Of a stretch of DNA of 47,767 bases, positions 41,263-47,767 are shown piece after piece. The position numbers were made by a program, and so were the translations under genes. The notes below the pieces were generated by a model. It did not search any database. It was not told the origin of the DNA and saw only the letters and a list, made by a program, of their open reading frames with translations. Location: the NCBI GenBank assembly GCA_015522845.1, contig WALL01000019.1:1-47767 (forward strand), read 5' to 3'. The first letter of the stretch is position 1, and the number at the start of each line of letters is the position of its first letter. The stretch is from Nanobdellati archaeon. GTDB taxonomy: Archaea > B1Sed10-29 > WALL01.

Positions 41263-43058
41263 AGCGACTCCTTCACAACCTTTGCTATCATCTGGCCGTC
41301 TGCCTTCCCCCTCAGCACTTTCATCACTTCGCCCATTATCTTTTGGAAGGCGTGAGGGGAGCCAATGGCATCTTGGTTCTGGCGGATAATCCCCACCACT
41401 GCTGCCCTTACTTCCTCTTCGCCCATCTTTGAGAAGTTAGCCCTGACAATGCTGCCAACTGGCTTTTCAGGGTTGAATGCAACTGCGCGTATCACATCTG
41501 GGATGCTCTCCTTTGCAAATGCCCCACCATCGTAGAGGGAAAACAACTCAATCAGCCTTTCGTCTGGTATCATATCAACGCTAATCCCTTCCCTCCTTAG
41601 CTCAGTTAATACATCTTCCAGCACATGGGCCACAAGCTCCGGGTGCCTCGTCTTTATCCTGTCAAATAAGGGGAGGTTGTTTGATGACGCAAGCTTCTCG
41701 GCCAAGTCCTTGCTCATTAGCTTTTGCAGCCTTGCCCTTGTCTCCTTTGGCATCTCTGGAAGCACTATCTTGTGGAGCATCTCACTGGTTATTAAGACTG
41801 GGGGGATGTCTGTCTCGGGGTAAAGCCTTGCTGCACTGGGTATTGGCCGTAGGAACTCGGTGTTGCCATTTGGCAGCGCCTTTCTTACCTCCCCCGGGAC
41901 GCCCACTAACAGCTGCCTTGTGCGGCCAACTGCCAGCTGGATTGCCCGCTCTGCCCTCTGCCTTTCGGCTGCGACAATTATGAACGAGTCTGAGCCTAGC
42001 AGCTTCTTAAGATCCTCTGCCTCACTAATCTGGTACTTCCGCATATCCTCATCGCTATGGATTACCCCACCAACGCCTGCCTTTTTGGCATAGTCCGAGA
42101 TCTCAGTCCCAACGCGCCTCCCTGGCTGGACCTCCCTGCCAAGGATGCCAACAAAGCCATTAAGGCCAGCGGCCAACACTGGCTTCCCTTTTACAAGCTT
42201 GCATTTTGTATTCTTGAAGAGCGCGGTAACATCCTTAACTGCCCTTACCTTTGCCTTGCGCCCCTTGAGCTCATCCCTTACCAAAAGCAATTCCTGCTGC
42301 CTTTGTGCCTCCCTCCTTGCAATTTCAGGGAACATCTTCAGGTCTTGTGCGCCCTTTATCTCAACCCTGCTTCCGCCATCGATGCTAATGTTTATGTCCT
42401 GGCGTATTGTGCCTATGCCACGCTTTACCTTCCTCGTCGCCCTCAGTAGCGAGCCAATCTCAAGCGCAGCCTCATACAAGTGCTCGGGGCTCTTAATGTC
42501 TGGCTCTGTGCCAAGCTCAATAAGGGGTATTCCAAGGCGGTCAAGCCGGTAAATTGCCACATCACCTTTCCGCTCGATTGGGGCTGCTGAATCCTCCTCA
42601 AGCTGCACGTTTGTAACCCTAACCCTGCCTTGGCTTGTCTCGAAATGCCCCCCCCTCCCAACTAGCGCAGTGCGCTGGAACCCGCTTGTGTTGCTCCCAT
42701 CAACAACTGCCTTTCGCATTACGTGCACCTCGCCAACGGGCGTGCTGTTGAATATCTTGCATACCTGAAGCGTTGTGCCAAGCGCCTCCCTATTAAGGGG
42801 ATGTGGCGGCTCCTCGTCAAGCTCCACCAGGCAGGATGTGTCCGGGCTGGCCTTGTAGACAAAGGTCATCTCCCTTGCCTGCTCGTGCCTCGCTGCCAAG
42901 TCAACTTCCCCAAGCTCCCCAGCAACTGCCCTTAGCTTACGCTTAACTGTAATGGGGAAGCTCTGGCTCCTGCTGGTGGGGCATTCACAAAAGAGCTTAT
43001 GCTGCGTATCCAGCTGCTGGTGGATTTCAAGCCCTGCCTTGAAGCCGGTATCCTTCAC
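41259..43058 (-). CDS. gatE: Glutamyl-tRNA(Gln) amidotransferase subunit E
   Basis: 599-aa ORF. FKAGLEIHQQL, GatB/E core and C-terminal YqeY-like tail. Archaea-specific partner of GatD. Confidence 0.95.
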   Translation of the reverse strand: MKDTGFKAGLEIHQQLDTQHKLFCECPTSRSQSFPITVKRKLRAVAGELGEVDLAARHEQAREMTFVYKASPDTSCLVELDEEPPHPLNREALGTTLQVCKIFNSTPVGEVHVMRKAVVDGSNTSGFQRTALVGRGGHFETSQGRVRVTNVQLEEDSAAPIERKGDVAIYRLDRLGIPLIELGTEPDIKSPEHLYEAALEIGSLLRATRKVKRGIGTIRQDINISIDGGSRVEIKGAQDLKMFPEIARREAQRQQELLLVRDELKGRKAKVRAVKDVTALFKNTKCKLVKGKPVLAAGLNGFVGILGREVQPGRRVGTEISDYAKKAGVGGVIHSDEDMRKYQISEAEDLKKLLGSDSFIIVAAERQRAERAIQLAVGRTRQLLVGVPGEVRKALPNGNTEFLRPIPSAARLYPETDIPPVLITSEMLHKIVLPEMPKETRARLQKLMSKDLAEKLASSNNLPLFDRIKTRHPELVAHVLEDVLTELRREGISVDMIPDERLIELFSLYDGGAFAKESIPDVIRAVAFNPEKPVGSIVRANFSKMGEEEVRAAVVGIIRQNQDAIGSPHAFQKIMGEVMKVLRGKADGQMIAKVVKESL

Positions 43059-43591
43059 TTCCTTCCCCCCGCAATGCCCTTCATTATCCTATCAACATTC
43101 TCATGCAGCTCCCCAATGGCGCCATCGTTGTTGATAGCGTAGTCAGCCATCTTGAAGACCGCAGCCATCCCCTTATTCTTAAAGTCCCGCTCATCACGGG
43201 CAATGAACTCGCTGTATGTGCCTGGCTCTGTTGGGTCGCGCCTCTCAAAGCGCTTCTCCGGTGAGGCTTCCACTAGTATAAGGAAGAACTTTTGGGATTT
43301 TGAGCGGAAGAGCCTAACCTCCGCGGGGCTGCGTATTCCGGTTATGACTACATCCTTGGCGTCAATTTTTGGGAAGAGCAGCTCTGCCATAACCCCCTCC
43401 CCACGCTCATTGCGGAGCTCGTCCCCAAGCTTGCTTGCATTCTGCTTTGTTGGCTCTAGCTCCCGCCTCTTCATCTCTCTAACCAGCACATCACGGTAAA
43501 AGTCAAAGTGCTTAAAGCCATAGTTGCTGGCTAAGTATCCTGCAACTGTGTCCTTCCCGCTCCTTGCTGGCCCAGTAAGCCCTATTATCAT
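43055..43591 (-). CDS. P-loop nucleotide kinase, UPF0200 / dephospho-CoA-kinase-like / dNMP-kinase-like
   Basis: 178-aa ORF. MIIGLTGPARSGKDT P-loop (GK followed by D), ITGIRSPAEV, FIARDERD. Confidence 0.65.
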   Translation of the reverse strand: MIIGLTGPARSGKDTVAGYLASNYGFKHFDFYRDVLVREMKRRELEPTKQNASKLGDELRNERGEGVMAELLFPKIDAKDVVITGIRSPAEVRLFRSKSQKFFLILVEASPEKRFERRDPTEPGTYSEFIARDERDFKNKGMAAVFKMADYAINNDGAIGELHENVDRIMKGIAGGRK

Positions 43592-43600
43592 ATAATCAAC

Positions 43601-44929
43601 TCAATAAAGGAACATGTCTGGCTCCAGCCGTGGGTTAATCTCACCCTTAAGGTTCTGGGCCATCATTTCTTTTACCTTATCGCCCTTTGCATGCGCAAGT
43701 ACCCATCCCAGCTTAACATAGGCCGTTTCTGCAGTCATGTCATAGGCTGGCGTTGCCCCCGCCTCATGGAAAAGTATGCGCAAGTTTGTGTAAACATCAG
43801 GGTTAACCGAGCCATAAATGCACTGCGTTGCAACTACAACGGGAACGCCTGAGGATACTGCAGCCTTCACAGCGGGGATCCAGCTCTTCTCCGACTTTGT
43901 CGGGACATGGCCAAGCGCTGTGGCCTCAACAACAATCCCCCTATACCCTCTGCCCACGTAGTGGCTTATTATATCCGGATCGGCCCCAGGATACGCCTTT
44001 AGGAGGGCTATCCTGCCATCAAACTTTGTGTCCGCCTTTGCCTTCCCAGATGAGCGCTTCTTGAAGCTTGAAAGCGGCTCTATTCTCCCATCCGGGTATA
44101 TGTTTGCCAGCGGATAGGAGTTGATTGGCCTAAATGCGTTTCGCATGGATGAGTGCATCTTCCTTGCCTTTGTCCCACGTAGCAGGTGGCAATAGTCATC
44201 TGAGCTTGTGGCATGCATGCATATCCCAACCTCTGCAATATCCGACAATGCAGCATGGGCTGAACAGATTAGGTTTAGCACGGAGTCCGTTGAGCCGCGG
44301 TCACTTGAGCGCTGCGCGCCAGTTAGCACAACCGGCTTTGGAGTATCAAGCATAAACGAGAGTGCTGCAGCGGTATAGTGCATTGTATCCGTGCCATGGG
44401 TTATAACAACACCTTCGCTCTGGTTAAGCTCCTTCGCAGCCTCTTTTGCAAGCAGCTGCCAGTCCGCCGGGGCCATGTCCTCGCTCATCTTCTCAAAGGC
44501 AGACTCAAAGCGTATATGCGCAACCTCCCCAAGCTCCGGGACTAGTGCTGCAAGGTCCTCGCCGGTCATGTCGGCATAGGCACCCCCTGTTGAATAGTCA
44601 ACGCGCGATGCTATTGTCCCGCCAGCGCCTAGGAGCGTGATTGTGTGCTTGCCTGGACTTTGCCTCACGTGGGCGTGCCCGGCATTCTCATAGCTGAACT
44701 CTTGCTTAACAAGCCGCGGCTCTGGCTTGGCCGACTTCTTAATTGCCTGCCCCTCATACTTGATGCCAATATTGTAGCCGTTGTCGAGCTTAAGGACAAT
44801 ATGGTCTGGCGATGCAGTTATGCCAGGCGACGGCATTAGCAGCCCCTCTTCACTGCCAACAGAAATCCTATCACCCACGGATGCCCTTGCCTTCTTCAGC
44901 GCCGCCTCTATCTGCTTTGAATATGCCAT
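43601..44929 (-). CDS. gatD: Glutamyl-tRNA(Gln) amidotransferase subunit D (asparaginase domain)
   Basis: 442-aa ORF. LLGAGGTIASRVDYSTGG and ITHGTDTM asparaginase motifs. Confidence 0.95.
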   Translation of the reverse strand: MAYSKQIEAALKKARASVGDRISVGSEEGLLMPSPGITASPDHIVLKLDNGYNIGIKYEGQAIKKSAKPEPRLVKQEFSYENAGHAHVRQSPGKHTITLLGAGGTIASRVDYSTGGAYADMTGEDLAALVPELGEVAHIRFESAFEKMSEDMAPADWQLLAKEAAKELNQSEGVVITHGTDTMHYTAAALSFMLDTPKPVVLTGAQRSSDRGSTDSVLNLICSAHAALSDIAEVGICMHATSSDDYCHLLRGTKARKMHSSMRNAFRPINSYPLANIYPDGRIEPLSSFKKRSSGKAKADTKFDGRIALLKAYPGADPDIISHYVGRGYRGIVVEATALGHVPTKSEKSWIPAVKAAVSSGVPVVVATQCIYGSVNPDVYTNLRILFHEAGATPAYDMTAETAYVKLGWVLAHAKGDKVKEMMAQNLKGEINPRLEPDMFLY

Positions 44930-45328
44930 TTAACCACTTGACGATATCTTTTCGCCGTTCTCGTTTTTAATGATAGGTATGACAACTATCTTCAGCGGCT
45001 TCAGCCCCCCCTCAGAGCGGCGGGCATTTATCAGATAAGCATTCGGCAGCGTCTCTTCGCTTACAACTATTGTGTCAAAATCGGGCTCAGCCGCAAAGCC
45101 ATAGGCATCGGTTATTTCCCTCACCTTTGCCTCCCAGCCGTGCGACGCAAGGAACTTTTCCAGCTGCTGCTTCCTCTCAGCATAAGGCTTTGCCTTGCGC
45201 TTCTTTTGTGCAAAGCCATCGCTTGTTAGGCCTATCTCCACTTCGCCGCCTAGCGAGAATGCAGCTGCCAGCAGCGCCTCGTGGCCCTTATGTATTGTGT
45301 TGAACGTCCCGCCAAGGCAGACTTTCAT
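44930..45328 (-). CDS. coaD: Archaeal-type phosphopantetheine adenylyltransferase (cytidylyltransferase fold)
   Basis: 132-aa ORF. GGTFNTIHKGHEALL (the (H/T)xGH nucleotidyltransferase motif). Size fits the archaeal PPAT family. Confidence 0.7.
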   Translation of the reverse strand: MKVCLGGTFNTIHKGHEALLAAAFSLGGEVEIGLTSDGFAQKKRKAKPYAERKQQLEKFLASHGWEAKVREITDAYGFAAEPDFDTIVVSEETLPNAYLINARRSEGGLKPLKIVVIPIIKNENGEKISSSG

Positions 45329-45329
45329 G

Positions 45330-45548
45330 CTATTCCTCTATCCTCTCTTTGCGCCACTTAATTGGCTTGCGCCGCCTGGTGTCGTTGTATGGCCGCATGT
45401 CAACGGGGTCTTCCTCGCCCCAGTGCCGCTCCATCGCCTCCTCAAAGCGCTGCTCGTCCACGGACATGCATATCTTGTGCGGCCCCCTGGGCTCCCTCCC
45501 GGAAAACCGCTGGGGCTTCCTTTTCCTAAGCTCTATCTCGGGGCTCAT
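45330..45548 (-). CDS. Small highly charged protein (72 aa), unknown function
   Basis: MSPEIELRKRKPQRFSGREPRGPHKICMSVDEQRFEEAMERHWGEEDPVDMRPYNDTRRRKPIKWRKERIEE. ATGA overlap with the pyrH stop, and it ends 1 nt before the coaD start. The tight coupling supports that it is real. Confidence 0.5.
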   Translation of the reverse strand: MSPEIELRKRKPQRFSGREPRGPHKICMSVDEQRFEEAMERHWGEEDPVDMRPYNDTRRRKPIKWRKERIEE

Positions 45549-46213
45549 CCAACCACCGTCCCATTGGGCTTTCCGGCAAGCGCTGCCCTTATCCCGCCTG
45601 GGCTGCCCTTGATTATATATGCCCTTATTTTCGACCGCGCGATTATCTTCGCCGCCAGAAGGTCGAAGACAAAATGCGCCCTTGCCCCACGCCCATCCTG
45701 CTCTGCTGCAAGCGCTATTAGCTTTGGGTAGCCCATCCTGTGGAACTTCCTGGCGCTTTTGAACTTGCGCGGGTCCTTTGTATAGACGCCATCCACATTC
45801 GTTGCGTTTATCAGCCTCTTCGCACCTATTGCCTCCGCCAGCAGTGCTGCAACCGTGTTAGTGGTGTGCCCCGGCACAGTCCCGCCCATGGCGGTTATGC
45901 CCTTCCGCCTTGCCTCCTTCCGCGCCTCATCAATTGTCTTTGGGGCAGGGCCTTTCAAGCCAAAGGCCTTCCGCAGCAGCATCGCATTTTTTCGTGTCTG
46001 CCGGATAGCAGCCTTGTCAAGGTCATACTCGCTGACTTTCTTTTTTCTGGCTGCCAGCAGGGCTTTTTCCCCCCTCTTGCCCATGCCAACAACAACACCA
46101 ACAACCATTCTCCTTTTTAAAGCAAGCAGCACAGAACTAACTGCCTTGATATACGCCAAGTCGGCCTTGCCGGGGAACACCAGCGAGCCGCCGATTTTTA
46201 AGACTACAGCCAA
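45545..46213 (-). CDS. pyrH: UMP kinase (archaeal type)
   Basis: 222-aa ORF. AVVLKIGGSLVF, GGTVPGHTTNTVAALLAE, VDGVYTKDP. TTG start (reverse complement of 46211-46213). Confidence 0.9.
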   Translation of the reverse strand: MAVVLKIGGSLVFPGKADLAYIKAVSSVLLALKRRMVVGVVVGMGKRGEKALLAARKKKVSEYDLDKAAIRQTRKNAMLLRKAFGLKGPAPKTIDEARKEARRKGITAMGGTVPGHTTNTVAALLAEAIGAKRLINATNVDGVYTKDPRKFKSARKFHRMGYPKLIALAAEQDGRGARAHFVFDLLAAKIIARSKIRAYIIKGSPGGIRAALAGKPNGTVVG

Positions 46214-46280
46214 ACAAGCACCTCAGGGTTAAATAGAGAGTCCTATTATAAAAAAGTGATAGAATGGCACACAGCCCCTT

Positions 46281-46301
46281 GGGGGGAGCACAGCTCCCCC
46301 C
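46281..46301 (+). other. Perfect inverted repeat / hairpin GGGGGGAGC-aca-GCTCCCCCC
   Basis: 9-bp stem and 3-nt loop, read directly from the sequence. Confidence 0.8.
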
Positions 46302-46318
46302 ACTGAGCTGGCGAGCAC

Positions 46319-46336
46319 CCCCCCTCAGCAGGGGGG
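46319..46336 (+). other. Perfect inverted repeat / hairpin CCCCCCT-cagc-AGGGGGG
   Basis: 7-bp stem and 4-nt loop, read directly from the sequence. Confidence 0.75.
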
Positions 46337-46359
46337 TTAAATGGTAAAAGTGAGCGAAA

Positions 46360-47550
46360 ATGGCACATTCAAAGGAGCGGTATCTCTTCCGCAAGAAGCT
46401 AAAAGAGCTTTCAGGAATGAAGGGCCAGGGGACTGAGCTTATCACCATCTACATCCCCCCCAACTACCAGGTTAGTGAAATTACTAATAAGCTGCGTGAG
46501 GAGGCGGGGCAGGCTATGAACATCAAGTCAAAGCAGACAAGAAAAAGCGTTACCTCTGCAATTGAGCGGCTCATCCATGCGCTTAAGAATATGAAGAAGC
46601 CTCCAGCAAACGGGCTTGTGCTGTTCTCTGGAAACCTAAATGACAAGGTCGTGCTGTTCTCAATTGAGCCGCCAGAGCCAGTGCCCATACAAACCTACCG
46701 GTGCGACTCCTCGTTTTTCCTTGACCCCTTATGGGATATGCTAAAGACCGACGAGGTTTACGGGCTCCTCATAGTTGACAGGCGAGAGGCAACCCTTGCA
46801 ATGCTTCGCGGAAAAAAGGTGGACATAATCAAGTCAATGGGATCTCAGGTCCCTGGAAAGCACCGTGCTGGCGGCCAGTCCAGCGTCAGGTTTGAAAGGC
46901 TTATAGAGATTGCTGCCCACGAGTGGTTCAAGAAAGTTGGGGAGCTGGCAAATAAGAGCTTTGAGCCGGAAGAGGTAAAGGGCGTCATACTTGGCGGTCC
47001 GGGGCCAACAAAGCACGAGTTCCTGAATGGCGACTTCCTCAGCAACATAGTGAAGGGGAAGATCGTGGGCATTATAGACACCAGCTATACGGATGAGTTC
47101 GGCATACGCGAGCTCGTCCAGAAGTCCGGCAGCATCATGGAAGGCTTGGAGATTGTCCAAGAAAAGAAGCTCCTTGATAAGTTCTTTATGGAGGCGGCAA
47201 CCGGCGGGCTGGCAACTTATGGCGAGAAGGAAGTGCGTGATGCGCTCGTAATGGGAAAAGTTGATACGCTCCTCCTTAGCGAGGACCTTTCCTGGAAGCG
47301 CGTTAAGTTCGTGTGCCCCCAGTGTGGCGCAGAAAAGGAGATGACTGTGAAAGGGAACATCCCTATCGTACGGTGCGATAAGGAGAATTCTGAGATGCAG
47401 GTGTCCGTCGAGAAGGACTTTGTCGAGGAGCTTGCGGAGATAGCTGAGCAAATGGGCTCAAAGATTGAGATAATCTCCACAGACACCCCTGAAGGCGAGC
47501 AGTTCCTCAAGGGGTTTGGGGGGATAGGCGCGCTGTTGCGGTTCAAGTAA
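46360..47550 (+). CDS. prf1: Peptide chain release factor aRF1
   Basis: 396-aa ORF with the NIKS stop-codon recognition motif (MNIKSKQTRKS) and the GGQ motif (HRAGGQSSVRF). Confidence 0.95.
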   Translation: MAHSKERYLFRKKLKELSGMKGQGTELITIYIPPNYQVSEITNKLREEAGQAMNIKSKQTRKSVTSAIERLIHALKNMKKPPANGLVLFSGNLNDKVVLFSIEPPEPVPIQTYRCDSSFFLDPLWDMLKTDEVYGLLIVDRREATLAMLRGKKVDIIKSMGSQVPGKHRAGGQSSVRFERLIEIAAHEWFKKVGELANKSFEPEEVKGVILGGPGPTKHEFLNGDFLSNIVKGKIVGIIDTSYTDEFGIRELVQKSGSIMEGLEIVQEKKLLDKFFMEAATGGLATYGEKEVRDALVMGKVDTLLLSEDLSWKRVKFVCPQCGAEKEMTVKGNIPIVRCDKENSEMQVSVEKDFVEELAEIAEQMGSKIEIISTDTPEGEQFLKGFGGIGALLRFK

Positions 47551-47636
47551 GTATAAGGAAAAGGTTACATATATGAGAATTTCCTCCAAAAGTGTTCCGT
47601 GACTAATCGGATGCCGCTTATCGGTGAGCTGGTTGG

Positions 47637-47767
47637 ATGATCATCAAACAAACGCCGCAGGACTTCATCGTCGAGGAGATAGCGCCAGATGGCAAGGTAA
47701 TTGAGGTTGGAAAGGGGTATCCCTTCTCCGGCGGGAAGGGGGAGCACCTTGTGTTTGTGATGGAGAA
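47637..47767 (+). CDS. truD: tRNA pseudouridine synthase TruD/Pus7-like, 5' fragment (runs off the window)
   Basis: Hand translation from ATG 47637: MIIKQTPQDFIVEEIAPDGKVIEVGKGYPFSGGKGEHLVFVME.. It matches the TruD N-terminal pattern (..PEDF.V.E...... G.h..f.l.K). Confidence 0.55.
   Translation, partial: MIIKQTPQDFIVEEIAPDGKVIEVGKGYPFSGGKGEHLVFVME

Larger units (their letters stand above)
46264..46347 (+). other. Candidate upstream ORF (27 codons) in the aRF1 leader
   Basis: ATG 46264 through TAA 46345-46347 encodes MAHSPLGGAQLPPLSWRAPPLSRGVKW. Its first 8 nt from the ATG (ATGGCACA) are identical to the aRF1 start. It stops 12 nt before the aRF1 ATG. Translation is unproven. Confidence 0.3.

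Noticed and set aside
46272-46358. A MITE or IS remnant in the aRF1 leader, suggested by the flanking 9-nt direct repeat AATGGCACA.
   Set aside because: I could find no terminal inverted repeats at the ends of the bracketed segment and no second copy in this window. It is kept only as an alternative explanation within the leader finding, not called as a mobile element.
1-47767. CRISPR arrays, tRNA or rRNA genes, transposases, integrases, toxin-antitoxin systems or recognisable defence systems.
   Set aside because: Intergenic gaps are all 146 nt or shorter. None showed a tRNA-like cloverleaf signature (no GTTCRAATC-type T-arm) or spaced direct repeats. No ORF had transposase, integrase, nuclease-helicase or defence-type motifs. 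This rests on visual inspection only; a tRNAscan, Infernal or defence-HMM run could still find something.

Overview
This is an archaeal chromosomal segment that is almost entirely coding. I count about 62 protein genes. I recognised no rRNA, tRNA, CRISPR array or IS element by eye in any intergenic gap.

Most genes are conserved information-processing or core-metabolism genes:
- ftsZ-secE-spt5
- An AMP-salvage pair (eIF-2B-family ribose-1,5-bisphosphate isomerase plus AMP phosphorylase) with a convergent amidohydrolase
- A four-subunit (gamma-delta-alpha-beta) pyruvate/2-oxoacid:ferredoxin oxidoreductase
- TrmJ-like methyltransferase
- DRG GTPase, Mtq2/HemK-like methyltransferase and TsaC (YrdC-type)
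- An XRE regulator followed by the HMG-CoA synthase / thiolase / DUF35 module
- NMD3 and aCPSF2
- ADP-forming acyl-CoA synthetase beta and alpha subunits
- The classical exosome/proteasome/RNase P superoperon (Rpp30, Pop5, PsmA, SBDS, Rrp4, Rrp41, Rrp42, L37Ae, RpoP, Brix, Pcc1, prefoldin beta), here continued by a DHH phosphoesterase and an Mre11-like nuclease
- L15e-L10e-Dph2
- An eight-gene string: pyrH, small protein, coaD, gatD, kinase, gatE, ThiI-like protein, GTPase
- aRF1 and the start of truD

Interspersed are lineage-specific genes: a 507-aa coiled-coil protein, secreted and tail-anchored surface proteins, several membrane proteins, and a NifX-like protein coupled to a TDT-type transporter.

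Organisation:
- First genes of transcription units carry a TTTATAAA or TATTTAAA box about 26-30 nt from the start codon, which suggests leaderless mRNAs.
- Internal genes carry GGTGA-type Shine-Dalgarno (SD) sites 3-5 nt upstream of the start.
- Stop/start overlaps are the rule.
- Seven of eight convergent gene pairs overlap at their 3' ends.
- Short proteins and tight packing suggest a small-genome archaeon. That is inference only.

I did not find an obvious defence or mobile system. The observations most worth follow-up are:
1. Two genes whose conserved N-termini lie upstream of any ATG/GTG/TTG, with a well-spaced SD plus ATA codon exactly where a start is expected (24211 and 38653).
2. A split and apparently permuted STT3/GT-C-like glycosyltransferase locus with degenerate catalytic motifs (38198-39839).
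3. An unusual G/C-tract hairpin leader with a Pro-rich uORF and a 9-nt duplication of the start context in front of aRF1 (46214-46359).
4. A minimised ThiI-like THUMP protein that has lost the PP-loop.

All coordinates and spacings were counted by hand. All family calls are motif recognition from memory, not searches.
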